A model generated the notes under the pieces. It saw only the letters and a list, made by a program, of their open reading frames with translations, ran no database searches and was not told where the DNA came from. Made by a program: the position numbers and the translations under genes. From Mizuhopecten yessoensis (lineage: Eukaryota): a DNA stretch of 63,629 bases. Positions 41,363 to 54,825 of the stretch are shown here, piece after piece. The stretch's first letter is position 1. Every line of letters starts with the position of its first letter. The stretch is from the NCBI RefSeq assembly GCF_002113885.1, contig NW_018404512.1:1000242-1063870 (forward strand), in the 5' to 3' direction.

Positions 41363-41707
41363 TTTCGTAAAAAAAAGTACTGTAGATGATATTGTGATAA
41401 AAAAAAAGTAGAATGTTTAATGATAACATAATTTATAAATATATTTTTTATCGGAATACACATTTCATTTTTCCACAAAAGTATAATATATCAGAGTAAA
41501 ATTTCAAAGTGCACATCGTTATAATTACTGGCGGCAATGCAATCATTATAGATAGGAGCAGTAGCAGTAGCAATTTTTTCGTAAAGACTTGAGAAATAAA
41601 AGGAATGATGTTTTATATTGAAAACATAAAATTCCAAATTCCAAATTCTTCGTAAATATGTAAAAGTTGCAAACAATGAAGTAGATTTATGTAAAAAAAA
41701 AAAAAAG

Positions 41708-41887
41708 GCACAACATAGACTATATTAGCTATCGGGACGACATAAACTGTCCCGAAAGAATGTTATTATCTACTTAACAACAGGAAAGAGAAAAAGAGCA
41801 CAACATAGACTATATAAGCTATCGGGACGACATAAACTGTCCCGAAAGAATATTATTATCTACTTAACAACAGGAAAGAGAAAAAGA
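41708..41887. repeat. 90-bp tandem duplication with a tcgggac...gtcccga hairpin
   Basis: gcacaacatagactata...caggaaagagaaaaaga starts at 41708 and 41798. Confidence 0.85.
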
Positions 41888-42629
41888 AAGAAAGAAAAAA
41901 AAGAGCAAAAGGAAGAATATGGGATAGAAAGAAAGAAAGTAATGTGCCTTCCTGATGTAAACCTGATAAAAAATGTTGGTGAGATGACGTTTCAATTGGT
42001 AAAGAAATGAATAGAGTTTCGTTGATCGTAAATCTTTCCTTTTGCTAAATTTAGTTATGCATGACATCACCTCTAGGGCGGGGGAAGGTTTTAGCAATAA
42101 TGAATGCATTGGTCGTCAGTTCATCAAGTACACATCACCAGCTGTTAAAAGGGGTGAAAACGACTAGAAAGCCCGGTGATTTGATAACAAATCATAATGA
42201 AGCAATGCCGAGACTTTAAAGGGAGATTTGGACAATTAAAACGTTAAGATGGGTAAGTTTTTGGTTTTTCTGCGATGACGAATCATTTGTTGTGACACAG
42301 TTTTTACCATACTAGTGTCTGACCGTCTCGGGTGTGGAAGACAATGTGTCATCACCCCTAGGGAGGACTGTCATATAAAGTAATGGGAGTCTGGGAACGA
42401 AAAAATAATGTTTCACTGACTGATGCGTTCAAAAAAATACCATCTTGGATGGCGATGGTACATTTGTATTTTAGCTTTGGTAGGTATTTGTGGTGTCTGG
42501 AGCCAGTTTTCGAAAAAGAACATTGAAACATGTCCGTTTTTCATGTTTGCATTTTCCATCAAGAAAACTCAACACCACACATTAATGAAGCACGAACCAA
42601 GCAGCGTGCAGCTGTTTTTGCTAAGGCCC

Positions 42630-45600
42630 GACATCTCAAAAATTGGTGTTTTTGACCGTGCATACACCCGTGATGGCCGTATTATCGTGCGAGACACCAA
42701 AGGCAAACGCTTCAAGTTCACCAAACTATCAGAGATGTCCAACTACCCCGACCCTCCTCCCACAAAATCTAAGCATATCGGCGCGACTACTTCCAGCGCG
42801 ACTGAGTGCTGCTAGCTCTAACACTAACACTAAACATGTTGCCCCCCTCAAGCCACTGGATACCTCGACCTCCAAACAGAACACAAACCGTCAAGTCAAT
42901 CGGTGATGAAAGACAATAATAGAAATCGATTTTCGACAATCTCTGGATTTAGTACACAATAATTATTTACGTGTAGTATCAAAATAGACATGTGCACCCT
43001 TGTGTTTACACGTGCCTATATATATACATGGTGGACCCACGTATTTAACCTTGCCAATTATAAGTATGTGTACATAGCCTGTTATGGATGAATATTGTTG
43101 ATTGTTAATTTTTATTCAACATGTGCGGCATTAAATAGACATATCCTTATTTTCTACATGTAAGTAGCTTTTTGACATCCCCTAAGTCTCACTGTGTATA
43201 AAGATATCTGTCTACCTATCTGCACATGAAATACATGTGATCTTATGCTCACACATATATATATGTACAAGTGTTTGGCTCAACAAATATAATTTATCAC
43301 TATTGTACTTCTTACTATCAATATGATGGTTGATCTGCTTCTCTAAATTTATTCTACCACACTTAATAGTCACCATGGATCCGCCATGGATGTGTAATAA
43401 AATTCGTAGAATTGCTAAAAAGGAATATCACAACAAACTCACCTCTAGCTTACGTGACACGAATAGTCTAAATAACAAATCTTGGTGGAATACTATAAAA
43501 TTATTTATTGGCAACCCTGGTAAATCAAACTCAATTCCAACTCTAGTACATGCTGGTTCCCAATACGAAACAGCGGGTGAAAAAGCCAAACTGTTTAATG
43601 ATTATTTTTCTTCCCTACTTCGTCTACTGTAGACGACTCAAGCTCTCATCTCCCCGCTAACCAAACTCCAGTTCATAAATTAGACAATATCATTATAACA
43701 GTTGAGGATGTTTGCGATGCTTTATTATCTCTCGATACCTCGAAAGCTACTGGTCCAGATCTAATGAATCCACGCCTATTAAAAGAGGGTGCACATAAAT
43801 TATCTTTGCCTTTATGCACCCTTTTTAGCTTATCTATACAAACTGGCATATTTCCTGACTCTTGGAAAATAGCTTATGTTATTCCTGTACATAAAAAGAA
43901 CGAAAAGAACGACGTGAAAAATTATCACCCTATTTCTCTTTTAAGTATTATTGGGAAGGTATTGGACAGGTGTATGTTCAAGTATGTTCACAATTTTCTA
44001 CATGAGTATAATTAGTTACAAAATGCTAGTCTGGATTTCGCCCCGGTGATTCCACAGTAAATCAATTATTGGCTATTACAAATGATTTGGGAAGGGCAGT
44101 TGATTCGGGAAAAGAAGTAAGAGCGGTGTTTCGTGATATAAGCAAGGCATTTGACCGAGTGTGGCACATAGGCCTTATATGCAAACTTATTAATATTGGA
44201 TTAGGCGGTAAAGTGATTCAATGGTTCAAAAACTATTTAACAAATAGAAAACAAAAAAGTTATTATCAACGGGGTGGAATCATACTTCGCAGATATCAAG
44301 GCTGGTGTTCCTCAAGGTTCGATATTAGGGCCTCTTATGTTTTTAATTTATATAAATGATATTGTTATTGATATTGCCTCTTTAATTAAGCTTTTCGCTG
44401 ACGACACCAATATTTATATCATAGTTGATACGCCCTTTTTGGCAGCTGAACAACTAAATAATGACTTAGAAAAATTCAATGTTTGGGCTAAACTGTGGCT
44501 AGTGGATTTTAATTCACAAACAACCAAGAGTATTATTATATCAAGGAAAAGAGTCCCTCCCAACCATCCTCTCCTATATCTTAACAATGCCCCAATAGAA
44601 AATGTGAACTGCCACAAACATTTAGGTGTTACACTGTTTGAAGATTGTAGTTGGCCTATACATGTTGATGACATTATCAACAAGGTGACGACTAAACTAA
44701 ACCTTTTACGGAAAATACGTTTTACCCTTGATAGAAAAAGGTAACAAATATTATATTTTACTTTTATAAGACATATTTTGGAATATACTGACGTCGTCTG
44801 GGACAATCTAACTATTGAATATGTAAATAAAATTAACCAGGAGGCAGCGGGAACAGTATGTGGTGCTACAAAACTTACAAACCTAAATAAGTTGTATATA
44901 GAAACCGGCTGGAAAACTTAAGTGAAAGAAGGAAAAAACATAAATTGACATTTTTTTTATAAATGTTTCATCATCTCACTCCTGATTATCTTTCCAAGTT
45001 TGTACCTCCTAGCATGTCTGAAATGCATAACTAACGCACTAGGCATGTTAACGATCTTACAGGTATCAGATGCACTACTGAGTTTTATCGTAAGTCTTTC
45101 CTACCCTCAGTTATTTCTCTTTGGAATAATATTCCTGAGGAGATACGTTTTAATCCTTCGTTGCCTAACTTCAAAACCTATCTCGACTTGAATTCCAGGG
45201 GACGCCCCCCTGAATATTATTATGTAGAATCGAGACAATATCAAATATATCATACTAGACTACGTCTCGGTTGCAGTTCTTTAAAACGCCATCTTTTTGA
45301 AAGAAATCTTGTTGACAATCCCTTATGTTCATGTGGACATTTTGTAGAAGACAGTTCCCATTATTTGTTATATTGTACTAATCACATTGAATCACGCCAA
45401 AGATACCTGACTCCATTGCCTTACCAATTAAGGGTTCATTTATTACTGTTTGGTGATGTATCAAAAACATGTGATCAGAATGTAAACATTTTTATACATG
45501 TAGCTACTCAACATTTTATCAAATCAACCAGAAGATTTACAAGCAGTTATAATTCAACCACATAAAGTTATCATGTAAACTTAACTACCCACCCAACCGG

Positions 45601-45835
45601 GTAAAACTCAGTTACTATCTTTATCCCTAATATCATGTTCTATCTGTTTCTCTCCACAGATTCTTATGTACATATTTAGGCTATCACTGCAAAGTTATAC
45701 ATTTATTATCAGCAAAGCTTGTTATATATGATGAGAAGGACTATGTATAAGTACAACAGTACTTGTTTCCCAATCATCTGAATGCAATGTCTATGCAATT
45801 GTTTATTGATATGAATAAAATAGGGTTTAAACTAA
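42630..45835 (+). mobile_element. Decayed CR1-clade LINE (ORF1 tail, deleted APE, RT, 3' UTR)
   Basis: AYTRDGRIIVR; PPWM; KATGPD; NYHPISLLS; DISKAFDRVWH; GVPQGSILGPLMFLIYIND; KLFADDT; HKHLGV; HTRLRLGCS.L; 3' end aataaaatagggtttaaact. Confidence 0.92.
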
Positions 45836-46479
45836 TAGTCACTAAAAGTATATTTCTATATAGTCTATACAGTCAGATGCACATACATTTTTTCTATATC
45901 TACATGTATATCAAGTTTGCGTCCAGTACAACTGGACCATTATCAATATCTACTCAATTTACTGTTTGTATTCAGGGTTGTGAAATCTAGTTGACAAAAA
46001 AAATCAACCTGTAACCTTTAGTAATACATGTATAACAACTGATCTGCTGTGTAATGATGTACATTAAATAATTTTATTGTGTTTGAGCTAGTATTACCTG
46101 TCAAAACATTAATTGAATTATATATTTGTATAGATCCATATTTTCTTTTTGCTTGCTTGGTGGACATTCATGGCCAGTATACGTAGTGCAGAGTGTCTAG
46201 CATATACAGTTCATATAATACGGTAAGATGACAATAATAACACAGTGCTACTATCTCAATACCATTGTTTAATTCTGTATTATCTTGCCAACCTACACTG
46301 ACCTTATATTTATCCACTATTTCACGTACCTGTAGTGTTTAGGTATTAGTGTTCCAAATGTATAATCCATGTGCACTATTTGTCAACACGTGTCTAGCAC
46401 CATACTGTTAATTCCCTGTAATTTAAGTGCTGTACCGGTTTCGTTTTTACCTTGATGAACTTTGGCATATTTTGAACCT

Positions 46480-47095
46480 GCGGATGTCCGTCTAGGAACA
46501 TATTGTTAGCTATCGCACAGACCATCAAATAGTAAGCGTACCATAATCGTGTTCAACCAAGATGTCCTTGTTCATCAAATCAGGTTACTCAGGGTGAAAA
46601 AGTATAGCAGATATGTCCCGGACAAACATTTTCAAATACAAAGGTCAAAGGTCAAGTCATTGATCACAATGACCTAATTCTGTACACTCTGCCATCCCAA
46701 GATATCCTTGTACACCAAATCTAGTTACTCCAGGTAACAAAGTATATAAGATATATCCCGGACAAACATTTTCAAAAGTAAAGGCCAAAGGTCAAGTCAT
46801 ACGTCACAGTAACCTAAACCTAGCACACCAAATATGGTTACTGCACGAGAACAAGTTAAGAAGATATTATATACCCCAGGACAAACATTTTCAAATGTAA
46901 AGGTCAAAGCATAGGTCACAGTGAGGTCATACAACTGTAGTGACCCTTTTCTTGCACTCTGCACGCCGACATCCAAAGCTGTCGTTGTTCACCAAATCTG
47001 GTTACCCCAGGTGAAATAGTATAGAACATGTGTCCCTGACACACATTTCTGACGGACTGCCAGACGGGGTGCAAACCTAGCCCTCCTCCCATTTT
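46480..47095. mobile_element. Helentron/HINE-like non-autonomous element with about 4 internal 120-160-bp repeats
   Basis: ggacaaacattttcaaa...aaggtcaa at about 46620, 46761 and 46879, followed by gacggac..gacggggtgcaaacc. This layout matches satellite-carrying bivalve elements as recalled. Confidence 0.55.
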
Positions 47096-47313
47096 TTTTC
47101 AGTTCATGGACGTTTGCCTAAATTGCCTAGCCCCATGCCCCGAAGTAATAAAACATGTCAATGTTTACTATGAAGACTAGCCTGTAAACTATAGTTCACT
47201 TATTACTATGTTGTATATATATGTTAGCCCTGTATGACCCCTGGAGGGGGCTAGCATGAGTGCATTTCCGGGTGGTGACACACCAGGCTGGGGGAAATCT
47301 TTGGTAGTTGTCT

Positions 47314-47590
47314 ATAATAATAATAATAATTTGAGGTTCCTATATACCGCTTTATTACCACCTAGTTCGTAGGTCATTTCAAAGCGATTCACAAATTATG
47401 ATCCGTGGTTATAGGACCTTTGCAACCAGCCAATATCGTTCTCAACTCCCTGGGGAACATTATATACACATCCCGTGCAGACATTCCATTCCTTGGATAC
47501 AATGTCAATGAACCAGTTAATTGGGCAGTGGCCATGTACAAATGAATGTGTTGGTGTGACTTCCAGGTTAGAAAAGATATCATTTTTGTG
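47314..47590 (-). mobile_element. SINE fragment (Nin-like core, L2-type tail)
   Basis: tcaactccctgggga core-like motif; on the minus strand cgctttga...gcggtatata and a (TTA)n tail. Confidence 0.45.
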
Positions 47591-47611
47591 CTTTTCTATT
47601 GAACAATGACA

Positions 47612-49170
47612 CTGGTAATTTTGTTCTAAATGACTAATTGTTATGATTTGGCACAAGATGAGGCCTAATTTTCAAGAGGTTAAAAATATCTCATATTTCA
47701 TGTGATAAGCATTATTTATGATTTGAAGGACAGTACAGGTCTGATATTATACAATTATGGACTTTTGTGCTGGTGAATATGATGTGATATGAACCCGAAA
47801 GAGTGATATTAACTGAGGCGAAGCCGAGGTCAATATCACTCTTTCAGGTTCATATCACATCATATTTACCAGCACAAAAGCCCATAACTGTTTTATTATA
47901 TGCTTCAACAATAAAAAAAAACAAAGCAAAACTACAGATTCTGATTTTTGTACGCGAGCCTCTGTGTAAAATTTAGCCAGGTTTGAATACAACAGTTTAT
48001 CATTGTAGCTTTCGAAGGCATCGTCTAGGTTCTTTTTCTTAAGATAACATGGAGGAGATGCACTGCGTGTTCAATGGCCTTTTTTTTACGCTAACAGCAT
48101 CTTTATCCTCGAATAGTTTTGGTAATTTTCCTAACGGAGGAGAAACGTTCGCCAGCAGCCATCTTCTAATGTCGTCTGACAGATCACGTTCCAGTCTAAC
48201 TGCGCATGTGCTACGACAGGTTCCGGGGAATTTCCATACAGGCTATATTTAGAAATCGATATTCACCGGATAACCAGTCTACATGAGTGTTTGAGGACTG
48301 GTCACGCGTTTAGGATCCGACCAATGTGATTGCGAGAAATGTTCATGCATATAATAATATACAATTATGGACTTTTGTGCTGGTGAATATGATGTAATAT
48401 GAACCTGAAAGAGTGATATTAACTGAGGCGAAGCCGAGGTCAATATCACTCTTTCAGGTTCATATCACATCATATTTACCAGCACAAAAGCCCATAACTG
48501 TTTTATTATATGCTTCAACAATAAAATAAAACAAAACAAAACTAAAGGTTCTGAATTTTGTACGCGAGCCTCCGTGTCAAATTTAGCCAGGTTTGAATAC
48601 AACATTTCATCATTGTAGCTTTCGAAGGCATCGTCTAGGTTCTTTTTCCTAAGATAAGCATGGAGGACATGCACTGCGTGTCCAATGGCCTTTTTTACGC
48701 TAGCAGCATCTTTATCCTCGAATAGTTTTGGTAATGTTCCTTACGGAGGAGAAACGTTCGCCAGCAGCCATCTTCTAATGTCGTCTGACAGATTGCATTC
48801 CAGTCTAACTGCGCATGCGCTACGACAGGTTCCGGGGAATTTCCATACAGGCTATATTTAGAAATCGATATTCACCGGATAACCAGTCTACATGACTTTC
48901 TGAGGACTGGTCACGCGTATAGGATCCGACCAATGTGATTGCGAGAAATGTTCATGCATATAATAAACATGTATATAGACCGGTTCAAGCCGGATACCCG
49001 CCTGGTAATTTTGTTCTAAAGGATTAATTGTTATGATTTGGCACAAGATGTGACTTAATTTTCAAGAGGTTAAAAATATCTCATATTTCATGTGTTAAGC
49101 ATTATTTATGCTTTGAAGGACAGTACAGGTCTGGTATAGAAAGACCGATGCAAGCTGGATACCAGGCTTG
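47612..49170. repeat. Two copies of an approximately 170-bp direct repeat; the first is split by the Crypton dimer
   Basis: ctggtaattttgttctaaa...cagtacaggtctg at 47612-47743 and 49002-49133; agaccg..caagc.ggatacc follows at about 48977 and 49142. Confidence 0.8.
47748..48966 (-). mobile_element. Head-to-tail dimer of a 610-bp non-autonomous Crypton-like element
   Basis: Units 47748-48357 and 48358-48966. Each has a 141-bp palindrome centred on GCGAAGC, a ttattatatgc/gcatataataa inverted pair, and a recombinase N-terminal remnant (EDKDAASVKKA...AYLRKKNLDDAFESY...LAKF.TEAR). Confidence 0.8.
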
Positions 49171-50699
49171 AATTGGTGTTTAAGTATGAAAGCTAAATCT
49201 GATTCAATTATGGTAAAATATTAATAGGGCTTGTCAATTTGGTTTAAAGTTGAGGAGTACAGTATCAACTAATTTTAATTATGTATATATCATCTACTTC
49301 ATGTCGCGGTTGGGTGGGGGCGAATCCCAGAAAGAGTCAGGAGGGGGACAGCATGAGGTCAGTCGGCTAATTACTCTAGCCAGCCCTGCTGTACAGCAGG
49401 CCAGTGGCAGTATGGGGTATTTGTGTAACCACAGATCCCACTCCCCCTTTATGTACCTAGGGGGAGATGTCCACCTTTGTAATAGTAAACAGGGTGGGCC
49501 GGTGTTTAAGGTATATGCGTTTTTGGTAAACAGTTGGCACTTGGCGTCCTATATCCCCTCAGTAATAAGTGCAACTAGGGGGTTCAGATCTTCTGTGTTA
49601 CCATGGGGGTGCTGGTATTGCCAAGTCTGATTTTTGCTACCTGTACTCTTTCTGGGTTTTGATATACTGCGGCCATATTTCTCCAACTCTGTTATGTAAA
49701 TGACTTAATTGAATAAATTCAAATTATCCATGTAATTTGGAGTTAATTATTATTTACTCAGTCTTGTCATTAATCACTTTAGCAGCGCTGCATACAGGGA
49801 AATTGTTTATATTATAGATATTGTCTGTAAGTTAAAACGTTACTAATATTCCGAGGGATACAACACAATTTTTGGCTTAAAATATGCAATTTATGATTGT
49901 TAAAAAAATAAGCTCTGGAAACACCTTGCAATTATAATTAAATATTACAATAGAACAATATTATTCGTCACAAATTGGATTTACAAGTGGGAGAAAATCA
50001 ATTATTTCCTATATTGAGTGTATCCTGTGGGCGACTCAGACCTCATAGAAAGATTCTTCAATGTCGAACCACCGAAATTAAATACCGATAACGTAGGAAA
50101 CGATTCAATCAGTCTGAACACTTCAATTCTGCGTGAACGTCATTGGCCAGTTGACTGATCAGTCGATTAGTGTAAAGAGTATGGCCATTGTTGTAAGTAA
50201 ATGGACTACTGAGACGTCCATAACGTGTTTGTAATGTGAGACATAGTATTAAATCGATACAAATCACAAACATACCGCGTCATGAAAATACCATTATTAG
50301 AAGTCCCTAGATGGGCTGTATCGTGAAGGTTAGGAAGATCGGGCGGCAAATATCTACCCTCAAAACAAGATGCATCTGTCAAAATTGGACTTCTTATTTA
50401 ATATCAGTAGTAAAATGATACATAACTGGTATAGTTTACAGTATTAAAAACAAAACATGTTCTCTAGTACGACATGTTGATCTTTCAGATTAAGTAGGCT
50501 TTGCATGGGGGTAGTGCAAATTTAATGTGTGTAGGTGTGTTCGTATACATGTTAGTAGGTGTGTCTACCTACATGTTATATGTACTTTTGCGCTCTGTGC
50601 GGCTTGGTAGACGTGTAGATGTAAGTGAATTTGGGCTTAACATTACTACGTGTAATACGTTTATCGACAATTCTGTTTTGTTCCCCGTGAGTTTGTCCT

Positions 50700-51790
50700 A
50701 ATTGACGGACTATCCTTTCAAAATATTCAGAACGCAGCAAAGTAAATATAACGTATAACTGTACAACTTTACCTTGCTTCAGAACGCCCTCCATAAGGTT
50801 TCTTTGACAAAAATGCGCCCCAGGTTTGGTGTGCACTTTATTCTTTTTAGTAATTCGGAGCATGCCCACTGCTACGGCACTGACACACGTGTCGACATAC
50901 CATACGTATCGGGAACAGGGTTATTTCGTCAGCATGTTTTTTTGGTCGGTCCAAGATATCGCAAATCTCGCGAGACGACAGGATATTTTCCTGAATCTGC
51001 ATGTATGTCTATAACATGGTGTGTGCCAACATTACATGTCAGTACAATAGGTTTCTAGTTTAACAAAATGCTTAATCCAAAGAGTTTGTTTCACATGCTT
51101 GCAGTACCTATACATATCCAAACATTATCTATAGGTTATAAGTTTAAGTGCAAAAAGTTACATATGAAAGTAAAATAACTGAGATAATGTTTTTCGTTGA
51201 CCTCGCAGTGATATCGTTTCATTCACATGATATATTGGCCTATTTTCGAAAATAGTTGTCTTTTGAAGATTTCGACATTTTCTATCGGCGCATTGACAAA
51301 TAAATAAATAACCTTTCATTCGTGTATGAAAACTATAACATGCTCCGACATACAAGAAAACATCCATTGAATTTGGCACCAAAACCGGTGCGGAAGTTTT
51401 TCGAAGAGGATGCTCATAATACCTCCGCCCAATCAACTTGTTTTAACAGGAGATAATCGGTTATTTTGAGCTACCCTTTCTAAATGTAGTCAGCAAAGCG
51501 TAACGTGAAATACGCATATCGGCATTTCCGTCTTATAACCTCTAAATTAGTCCGAAATGACTGACTCTTTTCAAACTTTTTGTGATGGGATATATATTCA
51601 GAAGCGAATAACTGTACAACTTTGCTTGAGAACGACCTCCATAAGTTCTCTGTGACAGGGTTTGGTGTTATATTCGTATATCGGGGTATGCCCACTACCA
51701 CTTCACGGACAAAAATGTCGACATATCAACAGGAATATTTCGTCGACATGTTTCTTTTTTGGTTGGTCTAAGATATCGCAAAATTTCGCT
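50700..51790. repeat. Diverged direct repeat of about 250-270 bp (50700-50972 and 51545-51790)
   Basis: Shared blocks atattcagaa, ataactgtacaacttt, ctccataag, gtttggtgt, atgcccact, gtcgacata, aagatatcgcaaa in the same order. Confidence 0.7.
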
Positions 51791-52599
51791 CCGACATGCA
51801 TAACACACAAACATTCCAATCAGAAAAGGTTCGGGTGTTTTTGACCAAACATTCTGTGACGTTAGGCAAAGTTCAAAAGTTAAACGAAATTCTCGAATGG
51901 TAGCCAATTTAATTTGTAGTCTGACGGAAATATCGCAAAAATGCACGACCGTTTTCACTTATATTTTGCTATTTTCTTCCATGAACTAACAGACATAAAT
52001 GAGAAGGTCACACATAATTTTCAGCATAAATATAATGCTTAGGAGGCGTTCTGTCAATGTTAATGAACAGGATGTAACTCCATCTCTTACTGACAAACGT
52101 TATAGGATTAGAAAATAACTAGGCTTCATATAGGAATTGAGTGGATTTATTTTCATGTACATTGCGGCAATGCATAGCAGTAGCTGAATCTACATATCCC
52201 GTGGAGCGCGTTAACGCTCCTCAGAAGATGTGTACATCTGCTACTGCTATTCATTACCGCAATGTACATGAAAATAAATCCACTCAATTCATATATTTAC
52301 GTTACGATTAACAACAATAAAAAAAGTTGCAACACTTTTTGCAAATTTAATTTTTTGATATCAGTATCGGACAGAAAACCATAAAAAAGAAACAGCCAGA
52401 ACTCCAGCCTACACACGAACTTCAAAGGCTCGACTTACGCCGATCAGATGATTTGTTAAAACGAAAAAAAAACCCTTTAATCTCATAATAAACAACGCTT
52501 GATATTCCTTTCATTTTTGAAAGTTGATCTTATTTCATGTTTTTTGCATTTGACGCCGCAAATTATATATTTAGTAAAAGTTTATGTCCGCACTATTTC

Positions 52600-54825
52600 A
52601 AACAACGGTCACCATAGTAACCAGCCACGGTTGCATGTACATCCGTGGAATGTGCTGTTTGCCAGAAATCCTGCTGAGGTAAATGAAGACAAGTTGGTGG
52701 ATGAAGTGCCCTGTGTCAGCGATGGAGTAGCCGAGATAGTGTGAGACACTTGTGATACCCGTAAGTGTTCTGGATTACCGTCTGAGTGCATAGGTGGACG
52801 TTCCGCGATCGACGACAGCTGATCAACACGTGAATTCCCATCGGCGATGGCTGACAATGATGTGGATAACGTTTTCCTCTGTGTTGTGGAGCAAGAACGG
52901 TTATATGACCGAATGGCGGACTCGCTTTTGTGTCCAGACACAAACATAAAGTGACACGCCTCAAAACCGAAGTCCGCTCATTACTTGAATAGCTGTGGCC
53001 CGGAGGCAATGTGCAGTGTTTGTTCTGTGGCCCGGAGGCAATGTGCAGTGTATGTTTTTGAAATGTTTGTACCACCCTTACAAATGTCGGCCTTGAAGTT
53101 GGTATCTGTTCGTTTAGCGAGAGGTTTACACGTAAATCAAACGGAACTTTCTGGACCAGCTTCTTTGATATAGTGGTTGAATAGTTTTCAGCGGCCGAAT
53201 CCGTTTTTGATATCAACAATTGCAGCCTTGCCACGGGACAGTGGAATGAACCAGTGGCATACATGCATTTTGTTGGGGCTTCACTAGAGGAAAACCCACT
53301 CTAATATTTGTTTTGTTTTGTGTTACGATTGATTGTGGCAAATAGACCTTGCTCGTCTGAAATAAATTCAAAAGAATCAACTCTCAGCTGTTCGTGGAAC
53401 TTAAGTCCCCTGGTAACAAAATGGATAGCCAGGGTTTACCATACGTTCTGTCGGAGGGTGTAAGGGGAGAATAACCCCCTTGGAGGTAAGTGGATATTTG
53501 TGTTAAATGTAGGGGCGATATAATTTCTTTGTGTGGCGTTGGACGAGCCACCCCAGTCCTCGTACGCTCCCTTAACAGGCCGTCTAGCGTACGATTCGGT
53601 TTTTTAAAAATTTACCCCGCGAACAATATCAATATTCCGACCTACATAATGTATGTCTACTAGATGACGATTTACAGCGTCTCTTATATTGATAAGTGTA
53701 TCTCTATGGTATTCCTCGGCCTCGTGTGCTGGCATGTTTTCTGCCCGTTGCTTTGTGTTTTAAGGTTTCGCCTCTCAATAAAATTTCGCGAGCACATCTG
53801 CGAGGTCTTCCTCACTAACGCTCTCTAGGTCCAAGTCTGCCCCAAAGACCTCTTGTTACAATCTAAATGTAAAAAAAATATCTTCTTTAGCCTATAGATT
53901 TGGAAAAAGAGCGTCGTGTGTGTGATGGTTTAAATGGTTATATTAAAATTCGCAATACTGATTCATTTTACCAGTTCTGTATAACAGAACGTATTACACG
54001 GATCGACACATTCAACAATTTCCAAATCTGATTTTTTAATCCATTAACGGTAACTGTTTAATAGCTGACATGATTTATTTACCTTGGACTATTTTCAATC
54101 CCCAGATTGTATTTTTCTTAGGGGAGGCAGATTGGTTGGCCCCTTCTAGCATTTTCTGTGTCTCGACAGAAATATATTTAAAAAAAAATGGCCAGGAGTG
54201 GCACTGGAATATCCCGTGGGGTTGATGTATCCTGTATAAATATTATTCAACATATGTTAAAAAACTTCAAACTCGAAACACAAGTCGACTTGAAATGGGT
54301 TTTTTTAACGCTTGTATTAATTCTATTAATTCCACGAGACAGAAATTCAACTTCATAAGTTATTTGCGAGGTTAGTTTTAATTTGAGTGTTTATTGTTTT
54401 ATTTGTTTACCTGTGTGACGTTAGCAGTGCTGCTGTCCCGTGGGGTCGGGGTTTCTCCTTTTAGCACTGTCTCTAGGGGGTAGGCCATCCCTGGGTCGAG
54501 TTATTCATTAGCGTAGCAGTATTGGTTTCCCGTTGGGTCGGGACTTCTCCTTCCGGCACTGTTACTAGGGAGATAGGACACCCCTGGGAGGGTTACTCAT
54601 CTGCGTAGGAGTGTTGATTTCCCGTGGGGTCGGGGTTTCTCCTTTCGGCATTGTCATTAGGGGGATAGGACACCCTTGAGAGGGGTTACTCATCTGCGTA
54701 GCAGTGCTGATTTCCCGTTGGGTCGAGGTTTCTCCTTTCGGCATTGTCAACAGTGAAATCGAACGTTCCTGTGTCGGAGGTTCACTTATTTCCAGCAATA
54801 TTTTCTCCAATTCATCAACGGACAT
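52600..54825 (-). pseudogene. Crypton tyrosine recombinase gene, 3 exons (54825-54411, 54231-54083, 53862 to about 52600), disrupted
   Basis: LADVLAKFY.EA, Y...TL.NIR.AVNRHL, LRQNVW, HFVTRG (box I Arg), CPV, YTAHCLRAT (HxxR), FVSGHKSESAIRSY (His, catalytic Tyr). GT-AG introns 54410-54232 and 54082-53863. Stops, frameshifts and a 32-bp duplication of the HCLRAT segment. Confidence 0.85.
54425..54750 (-). repeat. 93-bp (31-aa) tandem repeat in Crypton exon 1
   Basis: TMPKGET(S/P)T(Q/P)REI.T.TQMSNP..G.PIPL, about 3.5 copies. Confidence 0.85.

Noticed and set aside
49330-49400. Minus-strand ...CC...SCCP as a third Cys module
   Set aside because: Spacing is C-x13-CC, the R, Y, F, L and final Cys are missing, and there are no splice sites.
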